From Takakia lepidozioides (Eukaryota > Plantae > Bryophyta): 64,000 bases of DNA. Below, in pieces: positions 1-11,479 of the stretch (its first letter is position 1; each line of letters opens with the position of its first letter). Position numbers and translations under genes: made by a program. The stretch lies in NCBI GenBank assembly GCA_030704615.1, contig CM060734.1:60388001-60452000 (forward strand), in the 5' to 3' direction. Under the pieces are notes generated by a model that searched no databases, was not told where the DNA came from, and saw only the letters and a list, made by a program, of their open reading frames with translations.

Positions 1-25
1 GCTTAGAGGTAGAGGACGCGTCCCG

Positions 26-34
26 TGGTTGCTA
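26..34 (-). promoter_or_regulatory. Candidate stop-codon readthrough signal TAG-CAA-CCA (UAG-CARYYA)
   Basis: Reverse strand reads caa gag gtt gca gcg TAG CAA CCA cgg gac; homologous position to TAG CAA TCA at 13011-13019. Confidence 0.65.
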
Positions 35-419
35 CGCTGCAACCTCTTGAGCAGTACCCCCTTCCTGCTCAGTCAATGACAAGGCCTCATCCTGCCCCAT
101 CATCTCATCATTGAGAACCTCCTCATCCCGAGAAGAATCCCCAACCTCATCCATCACAGCTGCCTTCGCTGCCAACTCCCTCTGAACCTCGAGCACCTTC
201 GTACATCACCTGAGTTATCAATTGTCTAGTCGTCCAAAAAATAGATAAGTTCTGTCGAACCCACGTGTGCCATGGATGTCTACACCTCGTGGTCCTCACC
301 GGCTCGCCCCCACTTGCTGCCTGTACCGTCTCGGTAGGCAGAGAGACTGTCAAGGGAAGTGCACTCCGCACTCTACGTTGCTCAGCCATAGCCAAGCTGA
401 CAATCCAGGTCAAGCAATT

Positions 420-1345
420 GAGATCCATTGCTTGCCCCAACACCTGACGACGTGATGCCTCAGAAAGAGAAGGCACCGCCGTGGTCCCAGTGGAAAACCC
501 CATAGCCCGCTCTCGCTCGTCGGCATTAGGCTCCACTAACTGCTGCAACTGAGCATCCCACAAGAGGCCAGGTCCACCATCCCGAAAAGCATGGGATCCT
601 GGGAAGCTGAGCAGTGTAGGTAATGCTGCTCGTGGTTGACCCACCCTGTTGACCACTGCCAAAGGCGAACGGTCATCGTGTCTCACACGTTGAGACTGCC
701 TTCCTGTGTCCAAAATGCCATCCACGGTGAGGTGTGCTGGCCGCTACACCCCATCAAATGCACGCTTGAGCAGTGCGGGTGGCATCAAGTTAGTCCACCA
801 TAGTCGTGGACGATGAGCCCGTGACCCCACTGCAGCTGCATCCAGCAATACTGCTGACCCAAGCCACGACCGGACTTGATGCACACTGGCCATCACCCTG
901 GCCCGAGAATCACCCATCAGTGGTACATTCTCCAAGATGTATGCTGGAGATACAGCTTGATAAAGCTGCAAGCAGTGCAAAATCCGCACCATCTCCCAAA
1001 ACAGACCCGTCCTCGAGTCTCGCAATCCATTGCCATGCCCGGCTGATGAATGCCCTTGGCAGGGCCAACCTGCCACTATCAGATCAATGGAGCCAACCTG
1101 CTCCAAATCTTGCGCCCCCAACAAGGAAATGTCTGCTGGCAAGGCTTGTTGGTATCCACGAACTGCAGACACAGGCAACAAGTCAGGGTACTGCTGTACC
1201 AACTGAGCCACATGGCGCAGTGAGACGCGTCGTGCAGTCTCATCCCTCTCCACATACAGGTAACGCCTTACCCGCACACCTGCCTGTAGCACAGCAGCCA
1301 ATCCGGTGCTGATCCCGCCAAACAAGTCCAGAAGGCAAATGCCTT
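420..1345 (-). pseudogene. C5 cytosine DNA methyltransferase domain (DNMT3-like, motifs I-X in canonical order), one in-frame TAG at 744-746
   Basis: Motif I LLDLFGGISTG; IV DLIVAGWPCQGHS (catalytic PC); VI YILENV; VIII AHRPRLWWTNL; IX ERERAMGF; X RRQVLGQAMD. ORFs 744..3965 and 147..725 are in the same frame, separated by one TAG. Confidence 0.92.
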
Positions 1346-4297
1346 CATCCGGCCGCTGCCACACAAGAGGTGTGGTGTCCAATGGCGACAACTGAGGTGG
1401 CCCTGGTGCAATCACCGCACTCTCCTCCTCTCCTGACGGTACAAAAGCTTCTACCCAAGCTTGTTGCACCCGTCCATCAGCAGCTTGCTGCAAATCCTTG
1501 CTCGTACCCCACAACGGAGTGTGAGCAACCATGGCAAGCAACTCCGCCGTACCATGCATGTCATCCTGCTCTACTGGAGGTGGCACATCCTCTGCATGGG
1601 CATTGCCTTCCAGCAACTCTCCAGGCCAACTAACTGCAGCTGTGAAGGCGGCTAGTGTTGGCATCTTGCCCCGCTGGGCAGCTGCAATACCCCCAATGAA
1701 TGTCACAGGGAGCTGTGCACGGCGACCATCCCCTGACTGCCATCCAGGCCTGTAGGATGCTGACTCCTCCCAAAAATCCAGGGTGAAGCCCATGGGGTAT
1801 AACACTGCCCCACCAACGAGGACATCGTAAGAGACCGCGTCTGTCACAATGGCCTTGGCTCGCATCACTGAGCCATCTACAGGATGATCCGGCTGCAGTC
1901 TAATAGCCAACTGATGTCGTGTCATGCCACGAGCCTGCTCTGATCCTCCCAGAGATGTCTGTATCTGGAAAGGACAAGGCTCCATATCCGCCTCCATGAG
2001 GCCAAAACCTGTAATAGCAGCTCTGCCCAACATCAGTGGCTGAGCTCCTGAGTCCAACAAGACCCGCAGTGGCCGGTACTTCTTGCCTGCCGGTCCACTC
2101 AAAGTGAAAATGCCTCCCTGGTTGTCTAACAAGACAACTCTAGGTGTCACCATGGCGCGCTCAATGGCTGGCCTAGCTGGCAGCTCCGTCAACCTGGCAG
2201 CTGCAACTTGCCATGGCGCAGCCGTGGCAGTCTTGACCCTCAAATCCGAGGATCCCTCTGCCACTACACCTTCCACTAACTCCGCAGAAGATGAAGTGAC
2301 CTCCCCACTCTCACAGAGTGTTGCTGCTAGTCTGAACACTGCAGCTGGTCTCACCCCCGGCGTTGCAATCATTGTTGCCGAGAACAGTGGGGCCTGACAC
2401 ACAGAGGTGGCTGCCCCCAATAACACACCGGCCGCACTAGCCTTGGCAGCAGGAGTCAATGCTGCACGTGTAGCTCTCCCCAATGGCATAGTAACCTCCG
2501 CCTCGGTAACAGTCGGGCGAGAACTAGGTGCCATGGATGGCGTCGACACAGTCTCCGCCAATGTGAATGACTGAGGAAGCCTTGCCTGACGGCTTGCCTC
2601 CCCATGCTGTGGATCCAATTCCACCTCTGCACCTCGTGGCTCAGGAACTCGTGCTGCTCCTCGAGTCACGGCTGCAGCAGACTCCACCTGCTCTAGTGGT
2701 AGTGCTGCTCCGCACATAAATCCCATGCCTCCCATATCTCCTCCCTCAGGAGCAGGAGGTGGACCATCCCGCCTGGGAGCCGGTACCGCCTGAGCTATAG
2801 CCATGGCAGCGAGCCTCTGCTCTAGCCGCTGAAGCCGGTTGGCCATGCCTTGATCAACGCCCTGACCTCCGCGTCCTTGGCCATGTTGAGCTTGCCCTTG
2901 GCCTGCACCTCGTGCCCGACCACCTCGTCCTCTCTGGGCTGGTCCACCTCGCCCCCGGCCACCATTGTTCCCTTGGAACTGGCCTGGGCGCAACTCAGGA
3001 TGCAAGTCATAACACTGGGCATCTCCATGCCCATACTTGCCACAATGCCCACACTGCAACTGTGCAGGCTGTGCTTGTGCCAGCCTTCTGCCACTCTCTG
3101 GGCAATCTCTCTTGACATGGGGTCCTCCACATGTCCAACATATCACCCCTGGTTGCTGTTGGCCTGCAAAAGATGCCACGGGCCTCTGCACCTGAGGTCC
3201 CCTATAAGCTCCATGGAACTTGGGCTGGGCAACCTTGCCCCCCTGACCACGCTGTTGGGCAGTCCCTTGTGCTTGTGGGCTGACAGCTGTGCCCCGTACA
3301 GGCATGTCCTTGCCAAATCCAATTGTAACAACTCGCTCCTCCACCATGTTGAGCTCAATCCGCTCAGCCAGCAAAAACACATCTGCTAATGTGGGTTGGG
3401 CTGCTTGTAACAGGGTTGCATCTCGCACCCTTCTCTTGAGCTCCTTGTCCAGAATTCCATACCAAAACTGGATTGCCTGAGCTTCAGTAACCCCTTGGGT
3501 CACACTTATCAAGCGCCTCATACGAGTGTACGCCTCTCGCAGGCTCTCACTGGGTTTGCGCTGGAAGTCTTGCAAACTTCGCAGCTTCTCTGTCCGTACA
3601 CCTTGGTAGTTCCTCCGCAACTCCTGGAAGAACTCCACCACCGGGTTGAATCTAGGCACATGTGTTGTAGTCGTGGCAGGAGGAGTAGTAGCACCTTTTG
3701 AACTGGTACCACCTGCAGAAGTACCAGCACTACCTGCTCCACTGCTAGTGCTGGCAGTGGGAGCTATTGGTACTGATGCAGCTACTGGTCGCGTCGTGCC
3801 TCGAGTAATGGAGACGTATTCAGGTGACCAATACATCCTCCACTCCTCAATCTCTGCTTCATGTCCTCGCCTGAACTCATGGTAATCGTCCATAGGCGGG
3901 CCTTCCAAATGCTGGAACAGTCCCTTCCCCACACCATGAATGGGGTGAATAGCTGTGGATTGCACATCTGCTGCAAATCACACCAGCTGTCGAACTTCTG
4001 GATAAAGTCATCCAACTCAATTGTGCCCACAGCTCCAGAGTACCTACGAGGCCCCTTGGTAGCTCCATACATCTCCTCCATGTCGTCCCACAACAATGGC
4101 GAATGAAAGTGCACACCTGTTGATGAAGCCTCCGAGTCTGTGTCTGACTCTACAGTAATTGAGGGTGGCGGTGAAGGTGGTCTGAACCGAATACCTCGTC
4201 TTGTGAACCCACTCTCACTGTTACTGCCTGTAGCCGTACTCCCCTCAAAACCCTTGGGTAACTCCGTAATGACACTCACAATGTGCACCTCCTCCAC
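744..4297 (-). pseudogene. Gag-protease-DNMT polyprotein of copy A; frameshift in a G-run near 3927
   Basis: ORF 3782..4297 (…LFTPFMVW) joins ORF 744..3965 (KGLFQHLEGPPMDDY…). Knuckles CWTCGGPHVKRDC and CGHCGKYGHGDAQC; aspartic protease VLLDSGAQP and YDVLVG. Confidence 0.88.
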
Positions 4298-4816
4298 GTG
4301 ACACTATAAGGCTCTAGTTCTAATCTAATAGTGACACGGGTGGGCACCTATTGCAGTTTAAGGGTCATATCCCAATGGCTCAGGGCACCTGCACCTGCAT
4401 CCACCGCAAGAACTCCTATGGTTGGCTGGTCATCAACCCAGCCTCACCATAGAAGAAACACTGGTGGTCTTGCTGGTCATCACTCCAGCCTCACCACCGA
4501 CAGCATACTCTAGGATTGACCGGTGATAAAATCCGGCCTAATCCCTATGAAAGCAAGCGCCCACACAAAACCAACATGGCGCACAGTCAAGCATGCAGGT
4601 GTTGGGGGGGATCCAAACACAAGAAATCAAAACATCAACACCCCCACACCAAAATCCAGCTGCAATGCTGATCCTGCAGAATATCCCAGCCCAAAACCCC
4701 GGACTGACTGGCCTCCACCAAGACAAGCTTTGGCAACTACAAGTACAAGGTAATGAAAATAGTACAGAAATGGAGGGGAAGAATAGAAGCCCGCCCAAGC
4801 AAGATCTAATCCTGAT

Positions 4817-5566
4817 CTATGCTATCAACTGCCAGACTTCTCTCAAAGTGCCTCTCTCTGCATGATGGTAAGGTGTAGGAGGTATATCTATGTCCAGAAA
4901 CCTGCCACTAACCTTGTCCCAAGCTACAGTAGCTCGCTCTAACCAACCCTCCTCCTCTTTCTGCCAAATAGAGACAAAGCAATACTCCCCTATCTTCCGC
5001 TCACTGAACACTAAAGAAAACAAAGGTAGGGTCTGATAGTCTCTCAACTCAAAAGCTTTGAGACGGTTGCGGGTGTCCTCATTGCGGACGACTGCATCGC
5101 CCTCAAGCAGAGCAAAATTGTCCTTGCAAATGAACCCCCGCTCGTGGTTGCCTTGTGCAGAGCATGTCCGGCTGCAACGCTGTTTCATTGCACAAACTTG
5201 TGAAGCTCCTGCTCCTCTACTCCAATACACCACGGCCTTGTGGCTGAACACCTTGGTCCCCGGGGCTGTCTTTTGCTGTGTTCCAAGCCTAGCTTTCACC
5301 CACGTTGGTATTTCACCTACAGCTGCAGAACTGCTGGCTCCAACAGAGTTCTGACTGTCCAAGGCGATATTGAGGCCCTCAACGCCAACTACAGCAGTTT
5401 GTTGTCCACTACTAATGCCTGACTCCCAGTATGCAATCAACTCGTCCAACTGTTCTCCACTCAAATCAGTCTGAGTTCCTTGGGAAACATAAATCTTGTC
5501 CGCTTTGGTGCACAGGCTAAGAGAAGAGACCCGCCCTTCAATCACGTCCTCATTTCCCCCAGCCAT
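4817..5566 (-). CDS. Hypothetical 249-aa ORF upstream of gag in the DNMT-Gypsy 5' region
   Basis: ATG-initiated open frame, also open in the diverged copy at 31844..32557; no recognisable domain. Confidence 0.45.
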   Translation of the reverse strand: MAGGNEDVIEGRVSSLSLCTKADKIYVSQGTQTDLSGEQLDELIAYWESGISSGQQTAVVGVEGLNIALDSQNSVGASSSAAVGEIPTWVKARLGTQQKTAPGTKVFSHKAVVYWSRGAGASQVCAMKQRCSRTCSAQGNHERGFICKDNFALLEGDAVVRNEDTRNRLKAFELRDYQTLPLFSLVFSERKIGEYCFVSIWQKEEEGWLERATVAWDKVSGRFLDIDIPPTPYHHAERGTLREVWQLIA

Positions 5567-7037
5567 ACAAGGAGTACATCCCCAGATTTATTTCTCATGT
5601 AGACCAGAACAGGTTCTAGAAACAGGATTGTGGATCTTTCATGGCACACTCACACTCTAAAAATTCCATAGATTTTTAGCAGAGTCCCAAAAACAGAAAC
5701 CAGGATAGGTAGATTTTCCCTTTCTGCAGCTATCCCCTCAAAAACTGGGTCAAACAGAGTCCATTTGACAAAGATATGACCAATTAGGCTCTAAATCCTT
5801 TAAATTAGATCAAAAGATTTTATTTATTTATTTTTAACACCCAAACGTTCTCGTCATTACAACCTGTTCGCAGGTTATCTACGGGTTCCCGAGGCCGTTC
5901 CCCGACTATGCTGACTCCGGGTCTTTGCTCTCACGGGGCTTCATGTTTGCCATCGCCCAGGGAGAGAAGCAAGGCGGACGCAGACGAGGGCAGCGATGGC
6001 CAAGCCTGCGCGAGCAAGCAGGAACAAGGAGGTGGTGTGGGGTGTTGGCCGATTCGGCCGATCAAAGACCTGATCAAAGGGTTGCGCATGAGCAGCTTGC
6101 ATGCTCGTCAATCTCCAAAGCCATGCAGCAGAGATGCCTGCTCCTGGTTCTGCTCCGTCAGCTCCTGGTTCTGCTCAGCCCTTCCCAGCCCTTGCTCTCA
6201 AAGGTTGTCCACTCAATCTCTCTCAAGCTGACCCCAAGTCTACCTGCATCACTCCCATGATTTACAGGCGACTTCCCTCCCCTTCCTTTCTTGTCACGGC
6301 AAATGACGGCATCAATATGGAATCCTTATGGATAACTTCAAATGACATTGACATCTTCATGGCGAAAAATCCAATTGACAATAGCCCAATCCCTACTTTC
6401 CGCACTAAGATTGACAATTTCGAGCACGGCTCGCACATCTGTCTCTTCACCCTCATGCTGGGATCACATGGGGGGCTTTCATTGAAGACTGTCCAGGCCT
6501 TGGCTCCAATTTGTCCCCGTCAACAAAGATTCTTGCCATTATGGACGAGAAGGATCTGCTGCTACCAGGGCACTCTTCCAAGGGTGAGTGGATTCACTTC
6601 GCTTCCCTGCAGCTGGACACAGTCCATTTATTCGTCGGCCTTCTGCTCATCTCACTGCGATGAACTTATCCATACGGGTGTCTCCACAATCAAGCGCAGC
6701 CTGCGACTCGGGACTGGTATTCATGTGACTCGGCTGCCTCCCCCTCGAATCACGGAAGTGTTTCTTCTATCTTCTCTCTTTCTTTTTCACTGTTTCTTTC
6801 TCTTTCTCTTGCTCTTTCCCCCCCGAACCTACCTGCCCCCTTCGAGCTGCCAGCGGCGGACAACTCCACAGTCATAAGAATGTGCGACATCTCCCACAAG
6901 GTTTTGCCATTCTTCATGTTATCTGCAGCAAAATCGCCCCAATGGAGAAAACCAAACACTCAGGCATGGAACTCATCACATGCAAGAATCCCAGCATATA
7001 CACACAGTGGTGTAATAAGCCCCCGACACAGGTGCTA

Positions 7038-7756
<719 letters not shown>

Positions 7757-8765
7757 GCCACAACAAGTACGTGTTGGTGATGGTGGAGCACTTCTCCAAG
7801 TTGATCGAGTTGGTTCCATTGCCTGATAAGGCTAGTGAGGGGTTGCGTATGCATTCTTGGATTGTGTACTTAGCCGATTCGGTGCTCCATCTGAGGTACT
7901 CACGGACCAAGGGAGAGAGTTCTTGGGGGAGTTTCAGGCTTTGTGTGACAAGGCCTTGGTAGACCACCGCACCACTTCTCGGGATCATCCTGAGGCCGAT
8001 GGCTTGGCAGAGAGGGTTGTTCAGACAGTAAAGAGGGGTTTGCGCAAGTATGGCTTGCAGAAGGGACACCTAGGAGATTGGGACCTTCAGTTACCCTGGT
8101 TAGCCATGGGCTACAGGTTCAGCAAGCAAGCATCACTTGCCTCCTTCTCACCATACTTTCTTCTCTTTGGCCAAGAGCCGGATTTGCCTACATCCATTCG
8201 TAGAGAAGCTGCTTCAGTTCTTGACCTTGACGATCCGGACGTGTAGGCACGTGCACGTGATCAGCGTGCAGAGTTGTTCAAGAAAGTCATGCCCATGGTT
8301 TTTGAGAACCTTGCCATTGCACAACATCGTGATACGTTGAGGTATGCTACCATACGTGGTGCGGGCTATCGTCTTGGGGTTCGAAGATTCAACCCTAGTG
8401 ACTATGTCTATCTGCAACAGACTGCTCCTACGACCTTGGATGTGACTGCAGGACGTGTTATTTTGAGGGTTCGAGAGGTATTGCCCTCAGGCGTCTTGAT
8501 CTTGGAGGGTCGGGATGGCATAACTTGGAAGGACCATGTGCGTAATTGTGCGCCATGTCACCTTCCGAATGTCGATGGTAGGATTGACCCAAACCTGGCA
8601 GTGGTACTTGCAAGTTTGAGGTGCAAGTTGTGTGGGTCTGCTAAAGGGGCAGCCACAATGCTGGTGTCTGATCAATGCTCAAGAGCTTGGCATATGGGAT
8701 GCTTGACACCACCTCTTGAGAGGGTTCATAATGGAGATTGGTTATGTCCACAATGCTTGGGATAG
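7757..8765 (+). pseudogene. Gypsy integrase core plus C-terminal PHD finger (frameshift and stop)
   Basis: VEHFSK, LTDQGREF, HPEADGLAER; PHD CKLC…(S)DQC…WHMGCLTPPL…GDWLCPQC. Confidence 0.9.
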
Positions 8766-9017
8766 TGGCAGTGGACATGACTAGAGGCAGCTAACAAGAC
8801 ATGGGAGGCCAAGCTCATAGGAGTCAATATATGAGATCATAGGCTCAAGTTCACAGGTTGCAAGACGGTGACTAACGATGGGACAACTCTTGCACCCGGC
8901 CTCTTGATCTATCGAGTTTGAGTGTAGTAGGGACAGTGGTGGAGGACTTCACATCACATCACATGTCACTATTACATCTTATGGCTACCTGGACTTAGAG
9001 GGACCTAAGCACCAGCT

Positions 9018-9689
9018 AGGGGGGCGATTGTGTGGACTAGTGACTGCTATAGTGGGCAGCATAGTGGCAGCCTAGTGACTGACTAGTTGTAGCCTAGTGG
9101 TTGGACTAGTGGCTAGACTAGTGGTGGACTAGTGATATACTAGTGTGTGCACTTGTGTTGTGTGGTTTTGGACAGCGATGTAGTTGTGTAGCGATATGTA
9201 TGCGCACGACAGCTGTCAAGTTATTTTACCACTAGTGTGAAACTAGCTAGGAAATAGCTAGCTTTTACATATTGACATTTGGGAATGGCCCAAGTGTCAA
9301 TCCAGGGGTCAAGGCAAATTTAGGCCCTGGAGTGGTTATCTTCACGGCAAGCGCGGGAGGCTCATCTTTCTTGAGTTGAGCCTCACCGTGCCTAGCTATG
9401 GCGCCGTAGTATGGATTCTCCATAGCATGGGGTGTACTTGGCTTGACTTAATATGAGTGATGCTTTCATGTGCAAAGTTTGTGAGCTCAAGAGTGCTTGT
9501 ATTCTTCTTCTTTATGTGTGGACTAGTGACTGCTATAGTGGGCAGCATAGTGGCAGCCTAGTGACTGACTAGTTGTAGCCTAGTGGTTGGACTAGTGGTG
9601 GACTAGTGATATACTAGTGTGTGGCGTGCACTTGTGTTGTGTGGTTTTGGACAGCAATGTAGTTGTGTAGTGATATGTATGCGCACGAC
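9018..9689 (+). mobile_element. PPT and 3' LTR (from 9029) of the integrase-PHD element, with its first ~175 bp repeated at 9515-9689
   Basis: AGGGGGGCGAT followed by TG, the same junction as at 28726-28736; ACTAGTGG-rich internal repeats. The LTR 3' end is not resolved. Confidence 0.75.
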
Positions 9690-9882
9690 GTGGTCTTTGC
9701 TTCCCCTTGCCGATCCCCTCTCCGGTCTGCTCCCCCTTGCCCTTCATGTGTTTCTTCTCCTTCCCCTTATCCTTTGTTTCTTTCTGATCCACCTGCTCCA
9801 TGCCCTGCAGGTTCAATTGGCATCCCGAAGTTTTTGCAGCAACCCTATGTCGTATTCGACCTACTACTGGGCCAGATGATGG

Positions 9883-10865
9883 TGTTAGAGGACTGTCTGG
9901 GACTTACACACTTATACGGGATCTGTGGGGTACCCTTAATTTTTGCACAGACTGAGACCAACAGGAGCCTTAGGGGCGATAGCAGCACACTTTAGAGGGG
10001 GGTTACACAGCCCGTTACAGTCGTCACAGCCAACACAGCCCGTCACAGTCGTCACAGCCGACACAGCCCATCACAGCCAACACAGCCCGTCACAGCCGAC
10101 ACAGCCACACAGCCAGTCACAGCCCGACACAGCCAAACACAGTCGCACAGCCAGTCACAGCCCGTCACAGTTTCACACAGCCAGTCACAGCTTGACACAG
10201 CTGTCACGACCATAGGGAATGGATAGCAGGACAGGGAACGGCTGTGGGGAACAACACCTGCGAATGGAACATGTTAGTTCACGGACGACGGTTAGTGAGG
10301 GAAACGGTTAGAACAACGGGTAGGAAGATAAAGCGGGAAGCAAGGACTGAAAAGGGGATCATTTCTGTGGCACTTCTTGGGGGGGAGACTTCGGACATGA
10401 CTGAGGGGAAATGAGGCAGAGAGCGTATCTCTGGGCAGAAAGAGGGAGAGCACGGAGTAGGAGGAGGATGATCTGAGATGCTTAATGAAAGCAAGCTATA
10501 GAATTGTAATGTAGAGTAGATTAGAGACACCATGACCTTAGCTTGATACTTGATAGATATTAATCTGATACACACTTCATACTCACACTGTGTAGAGAGA
10601 TCTGAGTGAGCTGTGGAATGAATGGATGAGTTGATGGAATCCGATAGATTAATGAAGCAAACTGATACTTAATTATCAATAGTAAGGTAGCTAGCTAACA
10701 TGAATGCGGAAAGGAAAACAAATAGGAAACACCCCCATGATACACTAGCTGTAGGTCATGACTGATTGTTCTGAGCGGGCTGAGTACTTAGAGATTTCCA
10801 ACTCTTCTATCTTGGAGTTTCCGCCTCGGATAGCGAAGGGATGGGTGAGTAAAAGCCGCGCGACA
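9883..10865 (+). mobile_element. Solo LTR (983 bp) of the second Gypsy family, 5-bp TSD GATGG
   Basis: TGTTAGAG…GCGACA with GATGG at 9878-9882 and 10866-10870; near-identical to the LTR at 24313-25287. Confidence 0.93.
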
Positions 10866-11479
10866 GATGGTTTGCCGAGGGTTGGAGCAAAAACCATAGG
10901 CGTAGGCACCGTCAGACCCGTGGTGAATGTGGAGCCAGGGGTGACCCCCAATTCAATATTCCAAGGATCTGTGGAAGCGATGGGAGCAGTACCAAGGGGC
11001 TGGAGTAAGCGCTCTGATGTGGGGGAGACCAGACTATCTGCGAGTGCGGATAACAATGGGATGGCCTGTGGATGATACGGGGGTGCACCTATGAAAACTA
11101 ACATGGGCGGAACAAACCCCTCCGTTGCCAATTCGGTGTTCCCTGCCAATTCAGGGGTCACCAATGTTGAAATAACCTCAACCTGTGTCGTCGGTAGAGG
11201 ACTGGAAACAGCTGCAAATCTGTTGGACTTGGTAGTTGGATCCACCATTCTTGGCACATCCTCCCTCTCCATGTGGGAAGTACACACAGACTCGGGATGA
11301 GTTGAAAGAGGTGATTGGACAAGGGCAGAGAGTGAAGGACCACAGAGAGACACAACAGCCCGCGACAGAACATATACATGGAGGGGAGCAGGCATGACAT
11401 CGGGAACAACATTGGGGGATGACACCTCGGGTGATGGAGCACTTAGGGGGGACTAGAGGGGTGGGGATCAGTCTATAGA

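Larger units (their letters stand above)
1..5861 (-). mobile_element. Ty3/Gypsy retrotransposon carrying a C5 DNA methyltransferase, copy A (5' region, gag, protease, DNMT; RT lies beyond the left edge)
   Basis: Minus-strand ORFs give gag, two Cys/His knuckles, protease LLDSGAQP and DNMT motifs. Bases 1-60 translate to a linker (QEVAA*QPRDASSTSK) matching the pre-RT linker of copy B. The 5' boundary is approximate, from similarity to 31541-33431. Confidence 0.9.

Noticed and set aside
744-746. Programmed readthrough within the DNMT domain
   Set aside because: The context TAG-CGG-CCA is not CARYYA and copy B lacks this region for comparison; a CAG>TAG mutation is simpler.
420-1345. Host DRM/DNMT3 gene or bacterial restriction-modification methylase
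   Set aside because: It is intronless, fused in frame to gag-protease and repeated in a second element, with no UBA/PWWP domains or partner nuclease.
3920-3935. Programmed frameshift in gag
   Set aside because: It falls mid-capsid in a G homopolymer with no slippery heptamer; likely mutation or sequencing error.
6101-6877. 258-aa ORF
   Set aside because: No recognisable domain, non-ATG start and no independent copy supporting the frame.
9995-10210. CRISPR-like array
   Set aside because: Degenerate short tandem motifs with no unique spacers, inside an LTR; no cas genes.
10745-11425. 226-aa minus-strand ORF
   Set aside because: It crosses the solo-LTR boundary and is antisense to a degenerate gag region.
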